NCBI GenBank assembly: GCA_964016885.1
Contig: OZ024743.1
Span: 290,346,001 to 290,410,000, forward strand
DNA length: 64,000 bases
Source of the DNA: Eledone cirrhosa
Taxonomy: Eukaryota
Direction of reading: 5' to 3'
Numbering within the stretch: the stretch's first letter is position 1; each line of letters begins with the position of its first letter. Position numbers and translations under genes: made by a program. The notes beneath the pieces are model-generated. The model made no database searches. It was not told the origin of the DNA and saw nothing but the letters and a program-made list of their open reading frames with translations. Shown here piece after piece: positions 39,465 through 54,151 of the stretch.

Positions 39465-41281
39465 CTTGTTATATTGGTAGGAATATCACATCATTCATCA
39501 TGATAGGGGTAAGCCAAAGCAATAGATTTTTTCCAACATTTCTTACCTGTCTAAAATTTTGTCTTTTTATCTTTTGGTTTGTTTTTACTTAATCTTAACT
39601 TTTTTTGTATTATTCGGTACTATTCTATAGCAAACACAAACATTCTAAACATTCATATATCAATTATATTTTCTGCACATCTTTACATACACATATTGAC
39701 AATAATGTACATTGGACTGGCATATTTTTATTATATCTCTTTTTCATTTGATTTACTGCTGCTATATTTTGGCTCTCATGATTGCTTTGTTTTTTAGATT
39801 ATTCCTCATTTTGTTTTTTTTTCCTGAAATGTCAACACATTCCAATTCGTTTCTTTTTTTATTCTTTATCATCATCCTGGTTATTATCTTCCTCCCCATC
39901 ATCACCTTTCCCATATCATCTTGTTTCCATTAATATACTATCATAACCCTCATCATAATCATCATCAGCATCGTTTATTTTGTATTGATCATAGCTGTCA
40001 CTAACATCGTCAATACCATCACCATCAACCCCATCATTATAATCATCGCAATAGTCATCATCATTATGTTCCTGCAGATATTGCGCTTGCATTCTCTTCT
40101 TTTTCTTTTGTCCTCTAATTTAGGCTATTGTTTTTCCTTCAAATCCTATTCTATTCGTCTCCTTCTCCTACTCGTCCATCACACTAGATCTCCTTTTATA
40201 CTATTTTATTAGAATAACAACACTTCCAAAGACAGCCACATTCTCTAAAATGCCTGTAATTTCTAATAATTTTAATGTACCTTATGAAAGATTCAATTAG
40301 TTTCCCAAAATTATTGTTCTTAATTTCTTGCTAGATATCGTCTCAGGTCAGTACAATAAATTCGGCACTTTGAAGTCTGAATATATTGTATATTTATCGT
40401 TTTTTTTTTACAGATCCTACCTGCATAGTTTTTATGAAATTTCTACAAATGTTCCGATGGTTTGGATTGAAATAGAAACAGAAACTTTGTCATAACTTTT
40501 ACACTAAATAATATAGAAAAGGGACGTAGAAGCCCACTAAACGTAAAATTATAAATATCAGCACATTGGTAACTATCTTGTTTATATATCATATAAATGA
40601 TGCTGGAAACAATAACAATGATATATGAATACATATATTTTCAATGGCTGACAATTTGTATCAAACACTAAATCATGGATATGCACACAGATGAAATGAA
40701 TACCGATTAAAAATCGATATACTACAGTAAAAATAAAAGAAATAATTATAACATATTAACTGAAAAATTAAAACACATCACCGAAGTGATAGACCTAAAA
40801 TAAAGTTTGAATATTTACAATAGTTTTAAGAACAGTAGCGGGTGGTTTGACAGGCAATTACTACATGTTAAGAACACACCATGCTTATGGTAATGGCGGT
40901 ATAATCCTGTAATGAGATCTAAAGTGGCATCGAGAAAGTTAGCAACTTTATATTCAGGTTCAATAGTGATTGAAAGGCCGAAGATTTTGAAGAATTTATA
41001 TAACTGTTTTTTAAGAATCTCTACTTGTGTTGGGGTTTTCTATTGTAAAAAGCTATCGTCTCTATATTGACTGCCTTGTAGATGGGGAAATTCCTCCTTA
41101 AGCTTATATAAAAGGTAAATTCCGACAAGGTCAATAACCTGAGCAGAGTCTATTAGCCCTAGTCCAGTATATAAATTCATATACGTATGGGAGGGTGGGG
41201 CTTTGTGCGTGTGTGTATTTAAAATTTACATAGAATTATTTTGAACAGTTGAGATAAAATCAGTTATCTTCATTTCTTTTT

Positions 41282-41345
<64 letters not shown>

Positions 41346-41419
41346 CTACATTGACATAACACTCACAGAAGCACACAGGCATACACACATACAAACATGT
41401 GAGTATAAATATATATATA

Positions 41420-41862
41420 TCAGGCATCTACCATACTCTGAGCGCCTTGCTTCCCTGGGCATGGATTCATTGAAGCTCCGACGCCTGGCAACTGACTTGG
41501 TAAACACCCACAAAATTGTTAACCATGTTGCCAACAACAACCCTGAGTACCTTTTCGATTGCCATGTGTCTAACACACGTGGACATGCCCACAAAGTAAG
41601 AAAACAGCACAGTTCCCATAACTTTCGGAAACATTTTTTCACGCTCAGAGTTGCTGAAGCATGGAACAAACTACCTGCATCAGTTGTTAGCTGTCGAGAC
41701 ACTGCATCCTTTAAGGCCTCCATGCTTCCCGAGATCCGCCAACAGAACAGCTAACACATACACCCATGTACTTCACTGACATTTGTGTATTATTCTATGT
41801 ACTATATTGACGAGTTGTAGTGCACCTGAGCACTTTACACAATAATTTCATTATTATTATTA
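41420..41862 (+). mobile_element. CR1-type LINE 3' end
   Basis: [47 protein letters not shown]; short 3' UTR and (att)n tail. Confidence 0.9.
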
Positions 41863-41885
41863 TATTATATATATACAATTATATA

Positions 41886-41917
<32 letters not shown>

Positions 41918-42578
41918 CATAGGTACAATTATCGAAAGTGTAGTCTAACTCAATTATAATTATAATTGTAAGTTCCAGTTAATACAACGGCACCATACCA
42001 GGTACGTACATTTTGTTTCTGCTATGAAGCAACTTGTTCAACCTGTGCCAAGTTTTATGAACCGTAACATATTTACGCAAAAAGGAAAATATAGAATATT
42101 AGGGAAAGAGGGTACAGCCCCAAATCAGGAGCAACTGAATTAGATGGTTTACGGAAAATAATTTGAAAGAACGAATGCGAACAAACACTAAATTATAGAA
42201 TAAAAATGAGGGGCTAGAAAAAAATCGATATATTAAGAATGATGTTTTTCTGGAAAGGTAATTAGAAACGTAAGATCATCGCTAGAAGAAATATTGACGT
42301 GTCTTAAGTGGTTTGTTATTTTTGAGGATTTTCTTCAGTAACTACGACTTTTGTCATTGCATAATCTGAAAAGCTTGAGCCCATTTAAATATGGTAGCAT
42401 TGTTTTAGTATCTTCTATTTGATAGAGAAGTCTATGTTCTTGTCTTCGACTTGCCATATATTAATCTCCAAAATCGTTTCTGAAGGTCGTTTCGTGATTA
42501 AGGAACCGATATATAAACCCGCCCTCTGAAATACCATGGTCATTTTGTATAGTAGAGTGTGTGTGTATTTCCGCGCGC

Positions 42579-42609
<31 letters not shown>

Positions 42610-42997
42610 TGTATATTTCCTAGGCAACTAGAGTACTGAGTATATAGGTAATTAACTGTCCATTTTTAAATAAAATAAATTCATGGAAATATTTGAAATA
42701 GTTTTCACAATAAATCTCAAAGAGACCTGTTGAAAATATTGGTTTACATCTTCAAAAGAAATTGTTTCTAATTCTGCCAAACACACATACACATTCATAT
42801 ATAATTGGAGACCCAACTTACATACGCCTATATATATATATAAAGAGAGAGTAAGAGAGAGAGAGTCAGAGAGAAGTTACAGATGTGTGTGGGTGTGTGT
42901 GGTGACTGTGTATCTTTGTACGCATATATATATATATATTAAACTTTAATCTGTTATTTTAATATATATATATATATTAAACTTTAATCTGTTATTT

Positions 42998-43032
<35 letters not shown>

Positions 43033-43217
43033 AATGCACCGTATATTTATTATAACATGTTTGCTTATATACATGGCTAATATTTATTTCATAAATCACT
43101 TGAGTTTTTCATTATGAATAAATACATAGAGCGAGTGAGTCTGCGCCTGTATATCTGTGTGGTGTTAAACGAGAACCCGTTTAGTTTGGTTTGTGTTATA
43201 TATGTTTCTGTGTGTGT

Positions 43218-43249
<32 letters not shown>

Positions 43250-43251
43250 TT

Positions 43252-43282
<31 letters not shown>

Positions 43283-43505
43283 TAGAGAGCGAGAGAGAGA
43301 GAGTGTGTGTGTAAAGGAATGTGTATATTTATATGAATTTAATGTGTTATAGCAGAAATGTTTTTCTATGTTTTTTCATTCTTTCTTACAATAATCTGTT
43401 CTTTATCTCCTCTCTCTATCACCATTTTCGACCACGTAAAAGAAATTTCTAGTGAAATTTTGGTTTGCTCTTTACTTTAAGTAAGATGATAAAACAGAAT
43501 ATATG

Positions 43506-43543
<38 letters not shown>

Positions 43544-43713
43544 TGTGTGTATATATATGCATAGTTATTAATACAGACTATGACCTGTTAATATTTCTCA
43601 TCTCCCTTTAATCTGAACTCAGATATCAGACTTGTGTAAATATGGTCTCATTAAAAGCAAATATTTATATAGGTTCCTTAAATAGAGAGATGGATGCCAC
43701 ACGCAAGTATGTC

Positions 43714-43829
<116 letters not shown>

Positions 43830-43960
43830 CTGTATATAACAAAGGAAATGCGGTAAGGAACCAGATGGACCATAACGCACCAGAGTAATCAATACTTATG
43901 GTAGTAGAGTGGGAAAAAGTATGACCCCGACGGCAGAGCTCCGTATATACACATACACAC

Positions 43961-44050
<90 letters not shown>

Positions 44051-44106
44051 GTATATATATATATATACATATATACAGTATATATATATATATATATATA
44101 TACTTT

Positions 44107-44487
44107 ATTGGGAGCTGGACAAACCCCCGATCAGGAAATCATTCTGTGGTGCCAAATGTTCCGTTTTCCACATCCTGAATAAGGAGCAGATATTGCCATA
44201 GCCTGGGTACAAAGGCCCGCAACTCTTCAACAACCTCTCAATGGATTTGAGTGGATTTGGTGTCGACGTGGATGTTTTAAAGAAACAAATCGACACCCTG
44301 CTATCCAGAATACCGGACGAGCCCACCCCACGTTACGAAGGTAACCTAAGGGAAGCAGCAACAAACCCTCTCTTCCACTACTGGCCAGCCAACACGGACT
44401 GGAGATAAAATGTGTAACAACAAGGGCGGTACCCCAGCATGGCCTCAGCTGGATGGCTGGAACAGGTAGAAGAGGGTAAAAGAGTAA
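44107..44487 (+). mobile_element. CR1/Jockey-group LINE 3' end, second family
   Basis: GPQLFNNL..VDVDVLKKQIDTLLSRIPDEP..REAATNPL resembles the C-terminal motif of such LINEs. Confidence 0.65.
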
Positions 44488-44522
44488 TATATATATATAT
44501 ATAGTAACACAACAGTTAGTTC

Positions 44523-44578
44523 ACCATACTGAACAATTGTTTCACCTTATGCGGATCTTCAGCTCGGACTGGTAATGG
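44523..44578 (-). ncRNA. Hammerhead-like core with weak stem I
   Basis: CTGAAGA-t-cc-gcataa-gg-t-GAAA-CAATTG-TT. Confidence 0.45.
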
Positions 44579-45029
44579 TTATACGGAACAGGAAGAACAA
44601 CCGTATGAACGCGCATTCGCAGAAACTGTCACTTCACCCAAGCTATACAAAAACCACGGGTGAAATGTGTAAGAGAGATAACTGCGAATGTCCGGAATAA
44701 ATTGTTCGAGTTAATTAGATTATTAGAATGTTGCTGTCATTTAATCCGGGGCTTTGTAGTTATACAAGAGGTGTTTCCAGACGTGTGGATAACGTGAGAA
44801 GAATGCATCCTCGAAATTAGTCAATAGCTATTCCGTAATCTACTTAGAATATTTATCCTTTCTTCAATACACAGTTCACAAGACGGTTTCCCCTTGAGTA
44901 TGGCTTCGTCTAGTGACTGCTTTCCATTGAATGGAGTAGTCTATACCTGAATCTTTGAGGTACCATATGTGGCTCGCGAGCTTCGTGGATGATCGTTTGT
45001 CCGGCTACCTAAAGGTCGAATGATGGTTC

Positions 45030-45486
45030 AAACAGCGTGAAACACACTGTCAGCTTCTCTCTCTTCTTTCGCCGAAAATACGTAATTGACATAGTTACTA
45101 CTTTAAAACTCATAGCGTATGGTCTTCTAAATATTTTTAATTAAACATAGGGTATATTGCCAAATCTACTATACAAACGTTCATGTTTACATCGCTGTTT
45201 CAGAGAACCAATCATAATAACTTTGATGAACCGGCAATCGCTCTGTATAAACAGCTCCTGATTATTACTGGAATTCTATAAGAATCCAGCTTCTATAATT
45301 TTAGGCGAAAGCAGGGGTGTACGTGGCTCTGATGAACGCCAACCAGCGTGAAACAGAATGTCAGGTTCTCTCCCTTCTTTCACCGAAAAGACGTAAGTGA
45401 CATAGTCAGTACCTGAAAACTGATAGCCTATTGTCTTCTAAATGTTTCCAATTAAATATAGAGGTATATGGCCAAACATACTATAC
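45030..45486 (+). repeat. Direct repeat (~145 bp, 45030-45175 and 45343-45486) anchored on a hammerhead motif
   Basis: cagcgtgaaaca...ctactatac repeated; second unit has ggct-CTGATGA-acgc-caacca-gcgt-GAAA-cagaatg-TC-ag at 45325-45366. Confidence 0.75.
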
Positions 45487-45493
45487 ATACATT

Positions 45494-45541
<48 letters not shown>

Positions 45542-46025
45542 TAAAAATAATGAATAAAAACAAAGAAACAGTTCCTTATATTAAAAAATTCATCATTTTA
45601 CGTTCGTTTCTAGGATAAGTATGTGTGTGTTGGTATGTATATCATATAGATATATGTAAACATTTTACAAACTATCAGAGGGAATATACATACCTACACA
45701 TATATATGCTGTCTTGAGAAATAGTGATATTTGTTTATTGAAAAAAACAACAAAGATTTAATATAATAGGCCTGTTTGGGAACAGGTTTTGAATTGACCA
45801 ATAGAAAAGTAGTAAGTGGTCAAGTCGATAGAATAGTAGTAGTAGAAATTTAATTTAGGGGTAGAGGAATGCAAACTTGAGTTTTGAATGGAAAGAGTAT
45901 TTTGAATGAAAAGATTACTTTGGGCATGAAAATAGGTGAAGCCGGTGAAAGGTACACGAAAATTTGATGTTATTAAAGAATAATGCTAATGTTAAAATCT
46001 AAGGAAAATAAAATGTTACGATAAA

Positions 46026-47311
46026 TGTTACGCCCCCCCCCCCCCTGTCGGATAATGGGCCAGGCCTAGTTGTCTCCCCTTGGTTGAGAACACTATTTAA
46101 GTAAGCAGCAGTATTACTTTCTTAGACAAGCCACGGACACAGCAAACAGCAGACAGTCTTTGGACCACGAGATCACACAGATGTCAATACACTGAACTCC
46201 TATGCCGAAGCCACAAGGATAGTGTTGGCCGAGCACTGGCTCATAACTGATTTCACTTTACTGGTCCCGTCACATTGGTGACCCAGACGTGGGCGTTACA
46301 TTGGTGACCCACGACAATTGTAATACGTTGCCTTCATTTCAACTGATCACGTCTATATTGGTATGTTGTTTCATTTGTAATATAACAAACACATAATAGA
46401 CAAAATAAACATCATCCTTATTTACATTGTTGAATAGAACTCTCGTTGTGGTTATTATCTTGTCTACACACACAAGCAATTCAAAATGTCCCTGTCCTGG
46501 CGGGAAAATTGCAAAATGGAGGAGAAAAGCAACGCCATATTGGAAAAATGTTTGGCTGGTTTTTTGTATACTTTGTCAATACCGTATAAACACATTATTA
46601 CTTCTCTGTCTTTTTTTTTGTGTATTTTTGTAAGTTGCGAAAAGGTTGGCAACGTAGTAATAACAGTGAAATATTTAGGTTCAAATGAATAAAAGGCTGC
46701 GTAAAATTCTTTAGTCGGGGTTATCAGTATGGTAATGAAGAATCCTTGTTGGATAGTTTATCAATATAGACGTGAGGGAAAGTCCCTCGTCTATTTACAA
46801 TTTTCGTAAGTGAGAGGATAGGTACTCCATAGAATTATAACAAGTGAGTGGGTGTGTGTGTAGACAAGATAATAACCACAACGAGAGTTCTATTCAACGA
46901 TGTAAATAAGGATGATGTTTATTTTGTCTATTATATGTTTGTTATATTACAAATGAAACAACATACCAATATAGACGTGATCAGTTGAAATGAAGGCAAC
47001 GTATTACAATTGTCGTGGGTCACCAATGTAACGCCCACGTCTCGGTCACCAATGTCACTGGACCAGTAAAAGGAAATCAGTTATAAGCCAGTGCTCGGCC
47101 AACACTATCTTTGTGGCTTCATCATAGAAGTTCAGTGTATTGACATCTGTGTGATCTCGTGGTCCAAAGGCTGTCTGCTGTTTCGTGGTGCCGTCTGCTG
47201 TTTGCTGTGTCCGTGGCTTGTCTGAGAAAGTAATACTGCTGCTTACTTAAATAGTGTTCTTAACCAGGGGGAGACAACTAGGACAGGTCCATTATCCGAC
47301 AGGGGGCGTAA
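46026..47311. repeat. Long inverted repeat whose arms are an LTR + tRNA-Trp PBS + ~160 bp
   Basis: Arms 46026-46472 and 46853-47311; LTR tgttacgccc...gggcgttaca (46026-46300) followed by ttggtgacccacgac. Confidence 0.85.
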
Positions 47312-47719
47312 GGCGTCTACTACAAATATCAATCTTATTTAAAAGATAAGGAATTTAGATCTATAAAAAGAAATTAAATTAATTTATAGGGATACATTTA
47401 TATTAATTCATATAGATATGATAAATAAGAGTTAGATGTTATTAAAGAATGTTGTTAAAAACGAAGGAAAAAAAATGTGTGGATGGGGGGGGGGGGGTAA
47501 ATGTATTAGTGAGAAATAACAAACTTATATAGATTACAAGGAATTTAGATTCATAACAAGAAATTAAAATACTGTATAGGTATAAATTTTAGGAAAAGAT
47601 AGGTGTAAAAGGGAAATAAAATTATGCAGTTCTTAATAGTAGAATATTAATTGTAGGTTAACTAATTTAAACAAATTTATTATAATAATATAAGTGTATA
47701 TTAATTAGGTTTATAATAT

Positions 47720-48355
47720 TTGAAAGTTTTTCTAATTCTATGATTGCACGATATAATTAATTCTTGTCGCTTATTTAATAGGATATCCTTAGATTTCATT
47801 ATTTCAAATAGTTCCTGGGAAGATAATTTACATTCATATCTATATTTTGATAAGGGGTGGTCCTTTTGAGCACACTCCAGGTCAGGTTATAATCGATATT
47901 CATTTTTCTATAATTATTAATTATTTCAGCTAAGGGTGTTGTATTAGCTAATGCGGCATTTTTAAAACTGTGTTTGTGGGTATTCAATCTTACTTTAAAT
48001 TGGTTAGAAGTAGCTCCTATATATGAATAAGTTGAGTCCTCAGTGCTAATTTTACATTGATATACTATGTTATTAATAAGGCAATTTCCTTTTAATGGGC
48101 AATTTACTTTGTTTCTACAGTTACAACATTTCATGAATGTTATATCAGGGGAGTTAGTCAAATTAGGTGTGGAATGTTCTCGACTTGTTGTATGTGAATG
48201 AGATGGTGGTTTGCTGTGGTTTATTTTAGAATTATGGTTAGTTTGATGTGTTGGTGGTATATTCATGCTTCTTTTACATTTATATGCATTGTAGGCACTT
48301 ATATTTTGTTGAATATTTTTGGTTGTGGAGTAGGAGAATTTGACCGTTGATCTAT
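47720..48355 (-). pseudogene. Naiad-like PLE C-terminus (GIY-YIG endonuclease), 5'-truncated
   Basis: STVKFSYSTT upstream; CNCRNKVNCPLKGNCLINNIVYQC..YIGATSNQFKVRLNTHKHSF; ends ELIISCNHR after a frameshift. Confidence 0.9.
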
Positions 48356-48360
48356 TTAAA

Positions 48361-48425
<65 letters not shown>

Positions 48426-48434
48426 AGTATATAT

Positions 48435-48515
<81 letters not shown>

Positions 48516-49268
48516 CACAAACACACACACACACACACCTTTACCCCCCCCCATATATATACATGGGTCTGTGATTTTGAATGTGTGCGCCCGCATATAT
48601 GCGTATTCTTTATACGAGTCTAGTGTCAACACAAACTCTATAACGTGCAATTATTGAATCCTAACATTTCGACATCTGAATAACTAATGTATTATTTGTA
48701 AAATATTTTACAAATGCGCAGTTTCAATCTGTAACACCAATTATTACTTTAATTGCATTCTAATATATTTTCCATCACTTCTCCCCTTTCTTTCTCTGGA
48801 CCTTTTCTTTTGTCTAACGAAAATATAATGACGCTCTGTCGTTTTATTTTGTGATATAAGGATTCGTTACATTTGACTTGGCTCATTTTGTATATTTTAT
48901 GAATTCTTTGATGAAGCATATATATGTGGGATTAATCTTAATAAAAAAGCCATACATGTCAATGCTTGATTATAACGTATTGAGGATGGTTTTCGAAATT
49001 GTTTATTCCTTCCCTGTACATTTTCGTTCATACTAACATAAATGTGTGCTAGAAGAATAAATTGTCATAGCATTTTCATCTTGGTTATTCATATCTCTTT
49101 ATCGTATATTTCAGCATTCAAACAGCTTATGAGATTGGTTCACTCGAAGTTTAATTATTGATATTTATTCGGCTTATCTAGGTGCTAAAATGATTCGACA
49201 TATTTTGTTCATTGGGGAGAGAACTTGAAATTATGTTGGGATAACTTGCTTTAGTGTGTTTGTCCTCC

Positions 49269-49307
<39 letters not shown>

Positions 49308-49495
49308 TCTCTCTCTTCTTTTCTCTCTCTGTATGTATATACACCCACACTCACACTTACACACACAAACACACGCACGCACGCACACACACACATACAT
49401 ATATGCATAAATTACACGGGAACACAGATAAAAAACATAGTACAACGAAGAAATATATTAGCTTAACGCTTCATATACGAGTAGAAGGAAAACTA

Positions 49496-49536
<41 letters not shown>

Positions 49537-50822
49537 AGTGTGTGCAGTGTGTTTGTGCACTTGTGTTTTTGTTGATGGATTAATGTATGTGTGTATTTAT
49601 ATGTGTGCGTATGTGTGGGTATCCCTGCGTATGTACGCTCACACATATGTCGAATATTTTACGATCCCGTAACATAATAGCATAGTAATTTTCACCCTAT
49701 CGAGCCGATGAGAGTTTATGTACATAGTCGTTTTGTTTTTTAGAAATATCAACTAAATTATCTACACATAAATACATGCATGCAATATATTGGCGACGCC
49801 AATAAATCTCCACAGACAGGATGCATTTTATCAAAGGTTTACTTGCCCAGCTTTAGTATTTCATACTTTGTAACCTATTGTAACACTGCTGTACAAAGCC
49901 ATAAAATAATCGACACGTTTTCTGGTTCTCCTTTCAATCAATTCTATAATTTGTATTTCTCTGTAATATTTGATGCCTTATCGAATGACTTGGGAGTTGA
50001 AGACTGTTATTTCATGTGGGTGCATTACAACAGAGTTGAGAAACGTAATATGGACCACACATATCATCGATGTTAGTTAGATACTGTATCGAATCAATAA
50101 TGTAGTCCTTTGATCAAATTGATACACAGCATTTATTTACTTGGTTTTATTTCAGTCCGTTACAGACTATTCGTGTATTAATTAAAAATGACAATAATGA
50201 AACAAAAATAATTTTACATGTAATCTACATTTTGCATAATGATCCCGAGTAGTCATATCTTTGGATACATGGGCGATTATATGTTTTCAATACTCCTTTC
50301 AGGTACAATTCTTGACTATGGTAATTTCTAGTATAACTATGTTTTATTAATACAATTCTCTTGAAGTAAACTAAGACATCATCTATTTTATCACCAGCCG
50401 CAGTCTCTATAGTAGACACCTATATTCCTTAACATTTCGGAACCGGAATCAACTTTGAATATACTCATGGGATTTATATTAATCTATATTGCGTGATAGT
50501 ATCGTAAATACTTCAAAGTTATCATTGACGCTACACCATCCACCATTACCTAAATATTAGAAATAATAATAAAATTACTTTCAAGGTATAATATTTAGTC
50601 AAATATATTATATAATTCTTTGAAATTCAGTATGCTTATGGGAATTAGGGACAAAATATTCCAATACATTATATCATTATCTGCGAAATACATCGATATA
50701 AAACAGGTAATAACAAATTGGCATTGTTCCACTTGCTATCAGAACTGATGTTGCCAACATAGTTAAAATACAGATACATAAACAACACACACGCACACAC
50801 ACACATATACACACACACACAG

Positions 50823-50908
<86 letters not shown>

Positions 50909-50973
50909 GTATATATATATACTTAAATATATATATATATATGTAAAGTTATTTTCTTACATTTCTAATAACA

Positions 50974-51113
<140 letters not shown>

Positions 51114-51395
51114 TTAATTATTTTTAATACTTATATTATTTCTCCACACACAGACTATAACAATCATATAAAGAATTCATCACCAGATCAGCAACCTTTG
51201 CACTATATAACCGCTTAATTTCATGTTGTATTTTAACCTGTATTTTTGATTGTATCTTTTAATATGAATGTAATCTCTAAGTGTGTACTGCCACTCTAAA
51301 TGTTATAATGAATGTTGGCCCACAATATTTGCATATGTATCTGTATGTCTCTTGGGCGAAAAGGAGGTCATATAAGTGTTCATTCAATAATAAAT

Positions 51396-51442
51396 TGCTC
51401 CGAAGAATCCAAACCTCGGTTTGGAGGAAACAGTTGTAAGCA
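51396..51442 (+). ncRNA. Minimal hammerhead motif, CCGAAGA variant
   Basis: tgct-CCGAAGA-a-tccaaac-ctcg-gtttgga-g-GAAA-CAGTTG-TA-agca, in a ~370 bp island between two (TA)n tracts. Confidence 0.7.
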
Positions 51443-51477
51443 TAAAAATGTTTTGAACAGTTCTTTGATTATTATAA

Positions 51478-51590
<113 letters not shown>

Positions 51591-53964
51591 GTTGGATAAG
51601 ATGTTTGGTAAAACACATTCTTAAAAGTGATACCAAGAATACAAGAATTATTCTTCAGGAAACATTTCATAATAGCCACCGTTTCTGTGAATGTTTCCAA
51701 GTAAACTACCTCCCGTAAACCTGACCGGTAAGATTAGTATATATTTACCTGTTGTCAGATAAGTAAATTTTGTTAAAGATCATTCAGGCATTACTGTCAA
51801 TTCTAGGGTATCTTCATCTCAACAAATCATATACCAAAGGGGTCATATTAGTTTTAATGAGTACTATTCTTCCTTACCTGACCAACCACTAAACTTTAAT
51901 ACACAGTAGCAACACTTGATAAAGACACATCAAATTAATAATGGAATTCTCTGATATTTAGAACTTTACTCTCCTAAAATTTAGATTTAGCTTGTCAATA
52001 TTTCCTCTGTTCTTTTTCCGTTATATTATAATGAATTGTTATGATTTATCACACTAAAACAATTTTTCTTTCATATATAATAAAATGTCTATGCCTTTTT
52101 TTTTTTTTTTGTTAAAAAATATCAATGAGATGTAAATCACATATCATTACATCTCCACTTAATTTTATTTTCTACGGAAAAGAAATTATGTTGAATAAAT
52201 GACCAAATATATAAAAAGGTAATATATGATTTTATGTGTAAAAAATATATTTTAATGAATAAAAATTCTGCAAATCACTGTTTATTTTTTGTTAGTGAGC
52301 GACTTGTTTTCATCATTGACGTTTCTTTTATATGATAATATTCAATGAAATAAAATAAAGCATATTTCCTATATCATCTGGGAACAAACAGTGCTATATG
52401 AAAATATTTCAGGTATCCGCATCTTAATTTGCAATGCACAGCCTGCTTTGAATTAAATGATCAAATGTCTAATTTTTAGTTTGGCGAAGGTTTGTCTGCT
52501 ATTAGACTCGAACAAGTTTCGATGATAATGCTTTGCGTGTTCAATTCTAGTTGGTCATGATTGTTAATATTGCATAATTGCAAAGTTTTATATATTTCAA
52601 GAGAAGACGACACTTTTTTAAACAAGACACTATTTAAATTATGCAGGAAATAATCCTACATATTAATGTGACAAATGCATTACAGGCGCAACTAAGAACC
52701 CACCCTTTGATTAGTCAATAATACTAAAGGGAGGCAGTCTCATATTGAAGCCGCAACACGTTCGAATGAAAATACTATTTTGACATTGGTACATAATTTA
52801 CTGCGTTTATTGCATGATACTTAAAGTTGACATTGGCGTTGGCGAAATAAAAACATGGTGTTTCTATAAAATATTTCCGATATTTAATCTAATATCTGAT
52901 CCTTTCAGCTCGCCTACATACATGGAGTATATAAAATAATAGCTATTTCAATCGTGTTTTATATATTAATCTAAAATTATTATTGTGCTTTGCAAAGGTC
53001 GTACTGACAATAAAATCACACACTATTTGTTTTCCGTTTCGGGTTTGTTATCAATCAATTAGATAATTAATTAATTGAATAATTAATCGTTTAATTTATC
53101 ACTTTTTCATAGTTATTTTGTCTCGGCCATTATTGTTGATGAAGTGACCCACATATAATTCCACTTCACTTCCCTCTTACTCCGTTCTTTTTCGTTTCTC
53201 TAAACTATGCGATTCAACACACGAATAAATGAAATACGAGATCGATACATTTCATTTAAACATATATGATAGTTTGTCTTGAATAGCTAAAATCTGTTAA
53301 TAAATGTATATCCGTAGGTAATTGTGCACGGACTCATTTTATCATAGGTGATTCGTATTGAGGAACATTCCTATAAATCTAACATAAAAGAACGGCTTAT
53401 TTCTCAAATAGAATGAACTAAATTGTCAATACTTGCTCTCTATTAGCCATTTGATCTGGGAGGATATGAATCACTTTATTACTACAATTAGACAATTGTA
53501 GCCCGTCTATTATATTGATGTTTTATAGATACTAAAGCTGATGGTGTGTAAGGTGATTATCTAATGATCTTCAGATCGTTCATCCTGGATATCTGCTGGA
53601 TATTAATACCAACATCAAGGGAATGTTCAACTCATAGCAATAAAGGGACAAGCTATGGCGTTCTTACAAATCATGAAATCAATAATGAAATCACCTAATT
53701 GTTAAGTTTGCACTTCGATCCTGTTAAATGCCATGTCTTAGATCCTGTTACAATTGTCTCCATCTGTTCTAAGTCTGTCGTAATATTGATATCCACATAT
53801 ATGTAGCTTATTTCCGTTCTTATAATATTGATGAAATTTAATCTGTATCATATTGCTAAATATCTTTTCCAAGTTCGTAACAGCTATGCATAGAAAAAGT
53901 GGGAAACAATTGAAACATCATCAACAAATATCTAAAGTAACAAACACAAAATTGTATACTGATA

Positions 53965-54151
53965 ACTGTTTCTACTTTTGGCACAAGGCCAGCGATTATC
54001 CAGTACATTACTGGTACTCTATTTTATCGACCCTGTAAGGATGAACGGCAAAGTGAACCTCGGCGGGATTTGAACTCAGACCGTAAAGGGACGCAACTAT
54101 GCTGGAAAGCATGGCGTCCGACTCTCTACCGATACTGCCAATCCACTGCCC
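53965..54151 (-). mobile_element. tRNA-derived SINE
   Basis: Full-length match to the 8.9 kb copies. Confidence 0.9.

Noticed and set aside
52879-52930. U2 snRNA-like taatatctgat
   Set aside because: Only ~11 nt match; the rest of U2 is absent.
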